A DNA stretch of 64,000 bases from a virus. Below the pieces are notes generated by a model. It saw only the letters and a list, made by a program, of their open reading frames with translations. It did no database searches and was not told the origin of the DNA. Position numbers and translations under genes: made by a program. The DNA lies in IMG/VR virus record IMGVR_UViG_3300048999_000166, positions 58,430 to 122,429 of that record, one strand, 5' to 3'. Positions 6,989 through 14,464 of this stretch are shown piece by piece; position 1 is the first letter of the stretch; the number at the start of each line of letters is the position of its first letter.

Positions 6989-7125
6989 GAGGGCGGGCAT
7001 GTAATGACCGCCGGAATAAACGCGTGCTACCGTTACACCACCCCGAGTTGTGGTCCCGGGGCCAGGAGTCAAACCTGGTCTACGCCCTCCAAATGGGTAA
7101 CCGACATGTCGTTCGGCCTGCCCTC
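6989..7125 (-). ncRNA. YrlA-type Y RNA unit 10 (permuted tRNA)
   Basis: T arm CCAGG-TTTGACT-CCTGG, hairpin CCCCGGG/CTCGGGG, D arm TGGTGTAACGGTAGCAC. Confidence 0.85.
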
Positions 7126-7179
7126 GCGGGTAACGGTAGCGTGTTGCCGTTCAAGATCGCCACCGGGTTACCCTTCTGG

Positions 7180-7713
7180 CTAAAACTGCAGCTCAGGCAC
7201 ACCTTCCAGCTCGATGCCGTAGCGTCGGTAGACCTTGACCGTGTTCTCCCCGGTGAGGTCCGTTTCGGAGTACCCGAGCAGCCCCGCGACGCGGATCACC
7301 TCCGCCTTCGTCGGCGCCTCGATCTCGGCGTAGGGCGGAATGCCCGGCCAGTGGTCCACCTCGACGCTGGCGCTGCCTACTAGATAGCTGGTGCGACGAT
7401 TCTCCTGGTAGGCCTTCGCCCGGAACCCCATCATCGTGAGCATCGTGTTGGTGCCCTCGAAGTCACTGACCTCGATCTCGATCTCGTGAGTACCGTCGAT
7501 GCCATCGTGCAGGATGTGCTTGACGGTGAGGGTGGCGTTCCCACCGTCGTCGCGCAGCCGGATCCACCGTGAAGGATCGTCGCGCGCGATGTCGTAGACG
7601 TAGCGGCGCATCAAGCGCGTATCCCCGAACCGGTAGCCCCCGTTGTCGTGGATCTTCCGCTCGAACGCGTCCGGGTCGATGTTCAGGATCTTGGCTTCAT
7701 GCTCGATTGGCAT
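7180..7713 (-). CDS. CYTH/triphosphate-tunnel metalloenzyme (class IV adenylate cyclase-like)
   Basis: N-terminal EHEAK (ExExK), WIRLR, LTVK, EIEIEV, YQENRRT, EVDHWP..PPYAEIEA. Confidence 0.88.
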   Translation of the reverse strand: MPIEHEAKILNIDPDAFERKIHDNGGYRFGDTRLMRRYVYDIARDDPSRWIRLRDDGGNATLTVKHILHDGIDGTHEIEIEVSDFEGTNTMLTMMGFRAKAYQENRRTSYLVGSASVEVDHWPGIPPYAEIEAPTKAEVIRVAGLLGYSETDLTGENTVKVYRRYGIELEGVPELQF

Positions 7714-7742
7714 GATGGTGCTCCTTCGGCTGAGGTTCGTAC

Positions 7743-8807
7743 CTATGCTACCGCTAGGGCGCTGGCTTCGGTGGTGCGCAGCCCGACGATCTCGTCGGGC
7801 AGTGAGCTGGCCAGGAACTCCTCCAGCGGCAGGCAGAGGTCCATCCGCTGAATGCACACCCCGACCTGGTAGGTGCCCACCCGGTCGACGTAGAGCCGGA
7901 CCCCGTAGAAGCCCTCCTGGCAGTCCTTGTCGTTGTTGAACCGGCAGCTCGCGCACGTCTCCGGCAGTCGCACCGGCCGGATCTCCTTGAAGTAGACGGT
8001 GCGCCCGTCGGGCAGCTCGTAGCTGGTGCGCGCGCCCGACACCCCAGCGGTTACGTAGTGGGCCCGCGCGACGGCCCCACGCTCGGCGAGGATGGCCTCG
8101 ATCGCCTCGATGGAGATCGCCCCGTGGTCGAGGGAGTTGAGCAACCGCACGGACAGCTGGGGCGAGTACTCGTCCAGTAGCCGGTGTACCCGGGCGGCGT
8201 GGCTGTGGTCGAGCACCACGATGTTGGCGTCCGCCCGCACCCCGTGCGCCTCGCAGGTAGCGATCGACTCCTTCAGCGCCGCGATCTTGCGCTCCGCCAG
8301 CTCGACGTTACGGAAGCGGGTGTGCTGCACCTCCGCCAGCTCCGCCGCCGTCGTGCCGAAGACCGAGAAGTTGACCTTACGCAGCCCAGCGGAGGCAGCA
8401 GCCGGGATGACCGCCGCACCCCGCTCCCCATTCGAGGTCATCCGCACCCCGTAGCCGGCGTCGGACGCGAGCTGGGTCAGCTGCGCCAGCGATGGATGCA
8501 GCGTGGGCTCACCGCCGGTGAAGTGCACCTCCGACAGATCGAGCGCCTCGCGCAGCGAGGTGAGAGCTTCGGTGAAGCGCTCGTCGGGCCGCACCACTCC
8601 GGGCAGGAACGTGGCGCCATTGGTGGCCGCGTAGATGGACATCCGGCCGCTCGGACCGGCGGTGGTGAAGTCGCCCACGGGGCGCCGACGGTTGTCGGCG
8701 ACGACCGGGGTTCCTTCGTTGTGGCAGAACGTGCAGGTGAACCCGCACGGATCGTGGATCTTGATACGGAGAGTGGCGTCCTTCTCGACGATGGTGGGCA
8801 AGTCCAT
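7743..8807 (-). CDS. Radical SAM protein, MoaA-like
   Basis: LRIKIHDP-CGFTCTFC-HNEG, FTGGEPTL, TSNG, C-terminal CASC-x7-C cluster; RBS AGGA before ATG 8807. Confidence 0.88.
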   Translation of the reverse strand: MDLPTIVEKDATLRIKIHDPCGFTCTFCHNEGTPVVADNRRRPVGDFTTAGPSGRMSIYAATNGATFLPGVVRPDERFTEALTSLREALDLSEVHFTGGEPTLHPSLAQLTQLASDAGYGVRMTSNGERGAAVIPAAASAGLRKVNFSVFGTTAAELAEVQHTRFRNVELAERKIAALKESIATCEAHGVRADANIVVLDHSHAARVHRLLDEYSPQLSVRLLNSLDHGAISIEAIEAILAERGAVARAHYVTAGVSGARTSYELPDGRTVYFKEIRPVRLPETCASCRFNNDKDCQEGFYGVRLYVDRVGTYQVGVCIQRMDLCLPLEEFLASSLPDEIVGLRTTEASALAVA

Positions 8808-8847
8808 GGCTGGGATCCTTTGATCGGTTGATGTGCTGCAGCGCGAA

Positions 8848-8878
8848 GCAACCCCCCGAGCTGTGCTCAGGGGGTTGC
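8848..8878 (-). terminator. Terminator-like hairpin downstream of whiB
   Basis: 13-bp stem GCAACCCCCTGAG/CTCGGGGGGTTGC (G.U on the minus strand). Confidence 0.55.
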
Positions 8879-8889
8879 TCGCCGGGGCG

Positions 8890-9129
8890 CTAGGCGGCTG
8901 TCCGCTCCAGTCGAAGCAGCCGGCGCCCATCCGCGGTCACGCCACCCCAGATGCCGACGTCGATGCCCTCATCAAGGGCCATCGAGAGGCACTCTTCGCG
9001 CACCGGGCATGCCGAGCAGACCGCCAGGGCTTCCTGGGCGAACTCGGGCTTGGTGGACACCGGGAAGAAGATCTCCGGGTCGACGCCGGTACGGCAGCTG
9101 GCGCGGTGACGCCAGTCAAAGGTGGTCAT
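8890..9129 (-). CDS. whiB: WhiB-family Fe-S transcriptional regulator
   Basis: W...ASC, PEIFFP, CxxCPV.xEC, GIWGG motifs. Confidence 0.95.
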   Translation of the reverse strand: MTTFDWRHRASCRTGVDPEIFFPVSTKPEFAQEALAVCSACPVREECLSMALDEGIDVGIWGGVTADGRRLLRLERTAA

Positions 9130-9203
9130 GTCCCGTCGCTTTCTCGTGAGCAGTGATTCGTGGGCTTGTGAATGTTGGGGGCTGCAACCAATTTGCGCAA
9201 CCC

Positions 9204-9692
9204 TTAAATGCGACCTATGTGACTGATCAGGTTGTCCGCCGGAGGCGCGGGGATGGTGCAGGTCCAGCCACTGCGCTTCGAGGTGATCGTGATGTTGCCG
9301 CGCGGCCAGATGTAGACGAAGTCGAACTTCGCGCCGTCGTAGCCATGGGTGACCTGCTGAATGCCCCGGGCATGGAACGCTCCGTAGACGTCGACCTGGA
9401 TCGGGTCGGTGCCTGGCGAGCGTACGAAGACCGAGACTCCGTCGCGGGCGTTCGGGTACGCCACCGCCACGCTGGCGGCGCAGGTACCCGCTGCTCGGGC
9501 CGGGGTAGCGGATGCCCGAGTCGAGTCTTCGTAGCGAACTATTCCGTAGGCCGCGACCACGAGCCCCGCCGCGATCACCCCGATGATGGCGGCCAGGGTG
9601 AGCAGCACGCCCCAGTTGATCCGCTGTTTCGGCAGAGACTTGGCTGCCGGAACGGGAAAGGGCGGCGGGGCGTCGAGGGTCAGGTTCGTCAT
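9204..9692 (-). CDS. Membrane-anchored hypothetical protein
   Basis: One hydrophobic segment; RBS AGGAG before ATG 9692. Confidence 0.65.
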   Translation of the reverse strand: MTNLTLDAPPPFPVPAAKSLPKQRINWGVLLTLAAIIGVIAAGLVVAAYGIVRYEDSTRASATPARAAGTCAASVAVAYPNARDGVSVFVRSPGTDPIQVDVYGAFHARGIQQVTHGYDGAKFDFVYIWPRGNITITSKRSGWTCTIPAPPADNLISHIGRI

Positions 9693-9704
9693 GGTCTGGC
9701 TCCT

Positions 9705-9770
9705 GGTGAGTGTAATGAGTGTTTTGCTCGTTTCTACACTACACAACAAGAGCCCCGCGCGGTACATTCC
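9705..9770 (-). promoter_or_regulatory. ECF (SigR/SigH-type) promoter GGAAT-N18-GTT plus conserved leader motif
   Basis: GGAAT (9770-9766), 18 nt, GTT (9747-9745); leader CAAAACACTCATTACACTCACC (9726-9705). Confidence 0.55.
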
Positions 9771-9919
9771 CTCCATGGCAGAGATGCTGCGTGCCAGCCG
9801 CTACCAGGGCTGGAAGGCGTGTCCGTGTCGGTACTGCCGACGCGAACGCCCCGGCGGTGACGCACGCGCTCGCCGGGCCGCTCGCGCTCACGAGAACAGC
9901 GACTGGCGGCGTGAGGTCG

Positions 9920-10039
9920 TCAGCGACCTCGGTCCAGGCACACGTTGCAGATGACCTGACCCCGCCGGATGAGGCGCCCGCACTCCGCGCACTGCTCGAA
10001 CCCGAACTTGTGCAGCAGCCCGACCCACCAGCGGCTCAT
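9920..10039 (-). CDS. Small Zn-finger-like hypothetical protein
   Basis: ATGA overlap with the deacetylase stop; CxxC...CxxC. Confidence 0.45.
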   Translation of the reverse strand: MSRWWVGLLHKFGFEQCAECGRLIRRGQVICNVCLDRGR

Positions 10040-10827
10040 CGTCGGTCCCAGGGCGCGACACCCGCGTTGTAGGTCAGGCCCTCCCAGACGTACACCGGGA
10101 CGTTGGTGGGCACGATCCGACCGGCGCACAGATCCTTCGCGGCCAGGGTCTGCGCGATCAGCGGCACCGCGGTGACCGCGGCCTGATCGGCGTCGTGCAT
10201 CAGGATCACGTCACCGGCCTTCATGCCGGCGACCACCTTCGTCGTCTGGGCAGCGGTCTCCCCGTCGACCCAGTCATCGGGGTCAGTCGTCCAGATGACC
10301 TCGGTGAGCCCCTGGCTAGCCGCGATTGTCCGGATGCCCGGGTTGGTGTCGCCGTAGGGCGGTCGGAACAGCGTCGGGGTGTAGCCGGTGGCCGCCTTGA
10401 TCTGATCGACGGTGGACGAGATCTGCCAGTTGATGACGTCGGGGCTCAGCGTCGGAAGGTGCGGGTGGTCCCAGGTGTGCACCCCGATCTCCATGCCGGC
10501 GTGGCGCACATAGGCCGCGTAGCCTGGAGTGTCGCGCACCTTGTAGCCGATCATGAAGAAGGTCGCGTGCAGCCCGTTGCGCTTGAGCGCATCCACCAGC
10601 GGCTGGGTGAACTCGGTCGGTCCGTCGTCGTAGGTGATTCCGACGTAGCCCTTGCACACCGGCGCCGTCACCGTGTGGATGACCACCGGCGCCGTCTCGA
10701 CGGCCAGGTTCGGCCGCAGCGTCTTGAGCGCGACCACGAACATGCTCGACGTCAGCACCACCGCCGTCACGAGCACGATGGCGACCATCCACGCCGAGTG
10801 CGGACCCCAACGTTGCTTCATGATCAC
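10036..10827 (-). CDS. Polysaccharide deacetylase (NodB/CE4), N-terminal membrane anchor
   Basis: TYDDGP, ATFF, HTWDHP, LFRPPYG, ILMHD motifs. Confidence 0.93.
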   Translation of the reverse strand: MIMKQRWGPHSAWMVAIVLVTAVVLTSSMFVVALKTLRPNLAVETAPVVIHTVTAPVCKGYVGITYDDGPTEFTQPLVDALKRNGLHATFFMIGYKVRDTPGYAAYVRHAGMEIGVHTWDHPHLPTLSPDVINWQISSTVDQIKAATGYTPTLFRPPYGDTNPGIRTIAASQGLTEVIWTTDPDDWVDGETAAQTTKVVAGMKAGDVILMHDADQAAVTAVPLIAQTLAAKDLCAGRIVPTNVPVYVWEGLTYNAGVAPWDRR

Positions 10828-11855
10828 TCCCTGTGTCGAAGCGAGAGCTGGTGGCGGTAGGCCTCCAGGGCGCGGGGAGCGTCCCCGATCGGGAGCCGAG
10901 TACCGGTCACGTCATCATCGAAGTAGCCGGAGTAGCTGACCTTGTTGTTGGCCAGGATGGTGGAGATCCCATCCACGAACTGCGGGTTGTCGCCACCGCC
11001 CGGAGCGGCTGGGCGGTCCATCGGGACGAGCCCCCACTCCGGGATCGAGATCGGTTTGTGGTGGGCGGCGGCGAACGCGATCATGACCGCCGGTCCGTTG
11101 GCGCGCGCGTACTCCTGGTCCCACCGAGCGAGATCGCCAGAGGGTGCGCCGGCTGTCATCTGATCGAGGTCGTAGAAGTCGAAGCCGATGATGTCCACGA
11201 CATCATCGCCGGGGTAGTACCAGTCGAGCGGGACGTTGTCGAAGCCCGCCGCCACATTCCAGTCGAAGACGAAGGAACTGTTCGGGACCGCCTTCATGGC
11301 CAGCGCCGCGTGTCGCCATCCCGCGACCCACTGGCGCTGCGCCGCTCCGGTATCCCCGAACCAGTAGCGCTGCCAGTTCCCGTTGCCCTCGTGGGCGAGA
11401 CGGATCACCGAGTCCCCCATGCCCGCCTTGACCAGCTCGACGCCGAGCGCGGTGAAGTAGCTGTCGTACTCACCAGCCGCGGCCCTGGACCGCCAGTCCG
11501 GCGGTGCGTTCTCCGGCACGAACCCGGGCGAGATCACGACGCGGCGGTTGGGGTCGGCCTTCTTCCAGCTGACCCAGTCCTGGTCGCCCTTCGAGGTGGT
11601 GAACCAGGGGTGCGACCAGTTGTCCCAGCTCGTTGCCTCGTCGTTGAACAACATCGAACAGTCGTAGTCGTGCCCGACGAGGTGCCCCAGGTTGGCCAAG
11701 CGACTCACCGAGTGCTGGCTGTAGGCGCAGTAGCGTCCGGTAGCGGTGGTCCAGCCGCTACCGGACGCCCACGCCGACGTGGTCAGCACCAGGGCCGCCG
11801 CAAGGGCCACCGTGATCGCCGCCCAGAGTCCATGGCGACGAGTAATGCCGTACAT
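10824..11855 (-). CDS. Secreted glycoside hydrolase, GH26-like
   Basis: Signal peptide; IRLAHEGNG.W, WYYPGDDVVDIIGFDFYD, KPISIPEWG. Confidence 0.85.
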   Translation of the reverse strand: MYGITRRHGLWAAITVALAAALVLTTSAWASGSGWTTATGRYCAYSQHSVSRLANLGHLVGHDYDCSMLFNDEATSWDNWSHPWFTTSKGDQDWVSWKKADPNRRVVISPGFVPENAPPDWRSRAAAGEYDSYFTALGVELVKAGMGDSVIRLAHEGNGNWQRYWFGDTGAAQRQWVAGWRHAALAMKAVPNSSFVFDWNVAAGFDNVPLDWYYPGDDVVDIIGFDFYDLDQMTAGAPSGDLARWDQEYARANGPAVMIAFAAAHHKPISIPEWGLVPMDRPAAPGGGDNPQFVDGISTILANNKVSYSGYFDDDVTGTRLPIGDAPRALEAYRHQLSLRHRE

Positions 11856-11884
11856 GGGGTTCCCCTCATGATCAGATCGGGAGA

Positions 11885-12022
11885 TCAGGGCCGCGGGTGG
11901 TCGCCGGAGGGCCGCACGAGCTGGTACATGGAGATCAGCACGAACGCGACCGTGATCGCGGCGAAGACCATCCAGACCGAGTCGAGCAACAGGTTCGCGC
12001 CCGCTCCGGCGGGTAGTGCCAT
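11885..12022 (-). CDS. Small single-pass membrane protein in the polysaccharide cassette
   Basis: 45 aa MALPAGAGANLLLDSVWMVFAAITVAFVL..., fills the GT2-GH26 gap; not in the ORF track. Confidence 0.5.
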   Translation of the reverse strand: MALPAGAGANLLLDSVWMVFAAITVAFVLISMYQLVRPSGDHPRP

Positions 12023-12042
12023 AGCGCTCTTCTGGCCGTACA

Positions 12043-13113
12043 TCAGCGATCAACTCCTTCAGCTACGTACTGCATGGCCCAGCGGTCCTTGCGCCGTCGG
12101 GTAACTCGGCTGGTCAGTACCGAGCACCACGCGGCGAGGAACCAACCAGCCCTCAACCACGCGAAGAACTCCTGGGGCAACAGCAGCGCCGCGAGCAGTA
12201 CGTCGCGGCGGTCCCGGTGCGGGATCCGCAGCGCCTGCTTGACGTCGTTAGCGATGAAGAACGCCGGGGCGACCAGCCAGAGCCAGGCCATGTGCAATGA
12301 CCCGTTGGCCAGCGCCAACAGCGTGAAAGCCACCCAGCTGACCCGAACCGCCGCGGCGAGCATCCCGGCGGCCTGTTGCCGCCAGTCGGTGTAGGTCAGC
12401 TTGGTGACGCCGAAGGACAGCAAGTCCTCGACAGTCCCGACCTGCCACTTCATCCGCTGCGCCCACAACGAGCGCACTGTGCGCATCGCATCGGTGTAGG
12501 CGCGGACGGTGGGCGAGATGTGGCAGTGGTAGCCGAGTTGCCGGATCCGGTAGGTCAGCTCGAAGTCCTCCACCATGCTGGCGTAGGTCCACGGGCCCTC
12601 CCGGTCTGCGCGGTACGCGATCTCGCGTAGCGCCGCGTTCCGGATGACGCAGCCGGTGCCCGCCAGCACGCTGGTCCAGCGCCTGCGCAGTCCGGTGTCC
12701 GTCCACTTGGAGAACTCGGCACGCTGCAGCCTGACGAGCAGGCCGGTTCCGAGCATCGTGAATTTTGATGAAGAGCCACCGAGGTAGGGGTCGGCGGCGA
12801 ACTCGGACTCCCAGTCGCGCACCGCGTGCGGCGGCAACTCGGTGTCGGCGTCGAGGCACATCACCAGGTCGGCGTCACGGCACGTGGCGTGCCAGGCCAT
12901 GTTGAGCGCACCCGACTTGCGGTGGAGGTTTCCGACGGTCTTGAACACCGTGACCAGCGAAAACTCGGACGCGCGCTCGAAGGTGTCGTCGGTGCAGTTG
13001 TCCGCGATGACGACGATCTTGTCGGGGATGCGCTCCTGCGCGAGCAGCGCTCGCAGGGTCGCTTCGATGGATCCGGCCTCATTATGGGCAGGGATCAGCG
13101 CAACGATCTTCAT
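12043..13113 (-). CDS. Processive GT2 glycosyltransferase (polysaccharide synthase-like)
   Basis: PAHNE, DAD, EDFELT, QRMKW (QxxRW-like) and C-terminal TM helices. Confidence 0.9.
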   Translation of the reverse strand: MKIVALIPAHNEAGSIEATLRALLAQERIPDKIVVIADNCTDDTFERASEFSLVTVFKTVGNLHRKSGALNMAWHATCRDADLVMCLDADTELPPHAVRDWESEFAADPYLGGSSSKFTMLGTGLLVRLQRAEFSKWTDTGLRRRWTSVLAGTGCVIRNAALREIAYRADREGPWTYASMVEDFELTYRIRQLGYHCHISPTVRAYTDAMRTVRSLWAQRMKWQVGTVEDLLSFGVTKLTYTDWRQQAAGMLAAAVRVSWVAFTLLALANGSLHMAWLWLVAPAFFIANDVKQALRIPHRDRRDVLLAALLLPQEFFAWLRAGWFLAAWCSVLTSRVTRRRKDRWAMQYVAEGVDR

Positions 13114-13136
13114 GGTGATCGGTGTCCCGGGGGTCA

Positions 13137-13204
13137 GGTGAGTGTAATGAGTGTCTTGGTGGTTTGCATGCCTACAGTAGCACGAGGATGGGTAATTTAA
13201 TTCC
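13137..13204 (-). promoter_or_regulatory. Near-consensus ECF promoter GGAAT-N18-GCT plus leader motif upstream of GT2
   Basis: GGAAT 13204-13200; leader CAAGACACTCATTACACTCACC 13158-13137, 21/22 identical to that at 9726-9705. Confidence 0.5.
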
Positions 13205-13213
13205 CATCTGGTC

Positions 13214-14005
13214 CTACCGGCCTAGCAGTACTGCTCCAGCGAACTCCGGGGCGCGACCGCGATGCACGTTGGCGATCCGCACGAAGTTCTGCTCGTCGGT
13301 CATCAGCGCCAACATCTGCGCCAACGCGACGTCTTGATCAGGTAACCACTGCTCACTCATGCTGGGGTGGGCGCACAGCCTGCCCGCAGCCTCACCTCGT
13401 TCATCCAGGTACACCACGTTGCCGGCGTTACCGCGCTCGATGCGGTAGCGGTTGCCCTCCGACCCGGTGCACACGAAGTGACCTTCAGCTTCGTACTCCG
13501 CCCGCTGCTCGGGGGTCAAGAACTCCATCAAGGTGTTACGCGCTCGTGTCCGAGCGGCCTCCTGCGCGGCGATGCGCGCGGTGCGCTCCTCGTTCTGCCG
13601 CAGGATGCGCGCGGCGCGGGCCGCCTCTTCCTCGGGGGTGCGCACGCGAGGAGGGTCGTAGTAAGGGACCTGGAGCGGCGGGGGGTCGTAGAAGATGGTG
13701 TTATTGCCGGTGCCCATGGTCGTCCCCCAGGTGACGTTGGCGAGGTTGCCGAACGCGGTGGTCGCGGTGGTGATGGCGCCGGAGAACCCCTGCATCGCGG
13801 TGGCCAACGAGTAGGTCACCGTGGAACCGGCGTTCTGCCAGTCGGTCCACTCCACGCCTCCGGCGGTCAGTCGCCGTACGCCCCACGCCCGCTCGGCGAG
13901 CTGTTCGGTGCGCCGGGCGAGCCGCGGGCCAGGCTCGTCAGCAGGATGAAGCGGCGCCCGTACCAATGGGTACGAGCGCCGCTTCATCACCCTACGAGGG
14001 GGCAT
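13214..14005 (-). CDS. Uncharacterised conserved-Cys domain protein (paralog 1), partner of a GG-terminated protein
   Basis: C-terminal domain LTPEQR..GSEGNRYRI..GNV..GRLCAHP..LPDQD..LAQML.L.TDE..F..IAN, shared with three ORFs at 36845-39116. Confidence 0.8.
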   Translation of the reverse strand: MPPRRVMKRRSYPLVRAPLHPADEPGPRLARRTEQLAERAWGVRRLTAGGVEWTDWQNAGSTVTYSLATAMQGFSGAITTATTAFGNLANVTWGTTMGTGNNTIFYDPPPLQVPYYDPPRVRTPEEEAARAARILRQNEERTARIAAQEAARTRARNTLMEFLTPEQRAEYEAEGHFVCTGSEGNRYRIERGNAGNVVYLDERGEAAGRLCAHPSMSEQWLPDQDVALAQMLALMTDEQNFVRIANVHRGRAPEFAGAVLLGR

Positions 14006-14014
14006 CGTGAGTTC

Positions 14015-14233
14015 CTACCGGGCCCGACGTTCCTGGACCCACCGAACGACGTCGCGGGTGCAGTACCAGGCGAGGAATGCCACCCCTCCGAGGCACAGCA
14101 AGACCCCGATCAGGTGCACCAGCGGTGCCGCGATCAGCACGAGAAAGCCGAGAACGAGCGCACCTACGCCCATGAGGGTCGGGATGTCGAGCAGCTTGCG
14201 GGAGTAGGACTTCGAAGGCTGGGGCTCACTCAT
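14015..14233 (-). CDS. Small two-TM membrane protein
   Basis: 72 aa, hydrophobic, between the GG protein and paralog 1. Confidence 0.65.
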   Translation of the reverse strand: MSEPQPSKSYSRKLLDIPTLMGVGALVLGFLVLIAAPLVHLIGVLLCLGGVAFLAWYCTRDVVRWVQERRAR

Positions 14234-14236
14234 CTC

Positions 14237-14464
14237 TCAGCCACCCACAAGCTGCGGGCTCATCAGGATGCGCTCCGCGTCCGGGTCGAAGTTGCGCAGC
14301 AGCTCACCGCGTGAACCGTCCGTGCGCGTCTTGTAGGCCAGATAGCGCTTCGCCTTGTGCTCGTCGAAGTTCTTCCGGGCCAGCTCGACCTCGGTGGCGT
14401 TGTTCTTGTCCCACTCGATCCGGGTGTCCCCGGTGTTGTTCTGGATCAGCAGTGTGCTCGTCAC
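14237..14464 (-). CDS. Small ubiquitin-like (beta-grasp candidate) protein A ending in VGG
   Basis: 75 aa; GTGA-coupled to the phosphoesterase; ends PQLVGG-stop; paralog at 39150-39464. Confidence 0.7.
   Translation of the reverse strand: MTSTLLIQNNTGDTRIEWDKNNATEVELARKNFDEHKAKRYLAYKTRTDGSRGELLRNFDPDAERILMSPQLVGG

Noticed and set aside
5790-7125. Repeat array read as a CRISPR array
   Set aside because: Repeats are not identical, units vary from 65 to 137 nt, they show covarying RNA stems and tRNA arms, and the neighbour is Ro60 with no cas genes
6363-7125. Units 6, 9 and 10 as ordinary tRNA genes
   Set aside because: T arm precedes D arm, the acceptor is a closed hairpin and there is no anticodon arm, i.e. 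YrlA-type permutation
7743-8807. Radical SAM as a prokaryotic viperin
   Set aside because: The context LRIKIHDP-CxxxCxxC-HNEG and the C-terminal Cys cluster resemble MoaA, not the viperin CNxxCxFCF pattern
8890-9129. WhiB (and Lsr2 at 49556-49879) as novel findings
   Set aside because: Both are well known, common actinophage cargo; listed as features only
14237-14464. GG protein as Pup, ThiS or MoaD
   Set aside because: Pup is disordered and ends GGE/GGQ; no thiamine/Moco or E1 genes are nearby, and the ThiS/MoaD pattern is not evident. Retained only as a Ubl candidate
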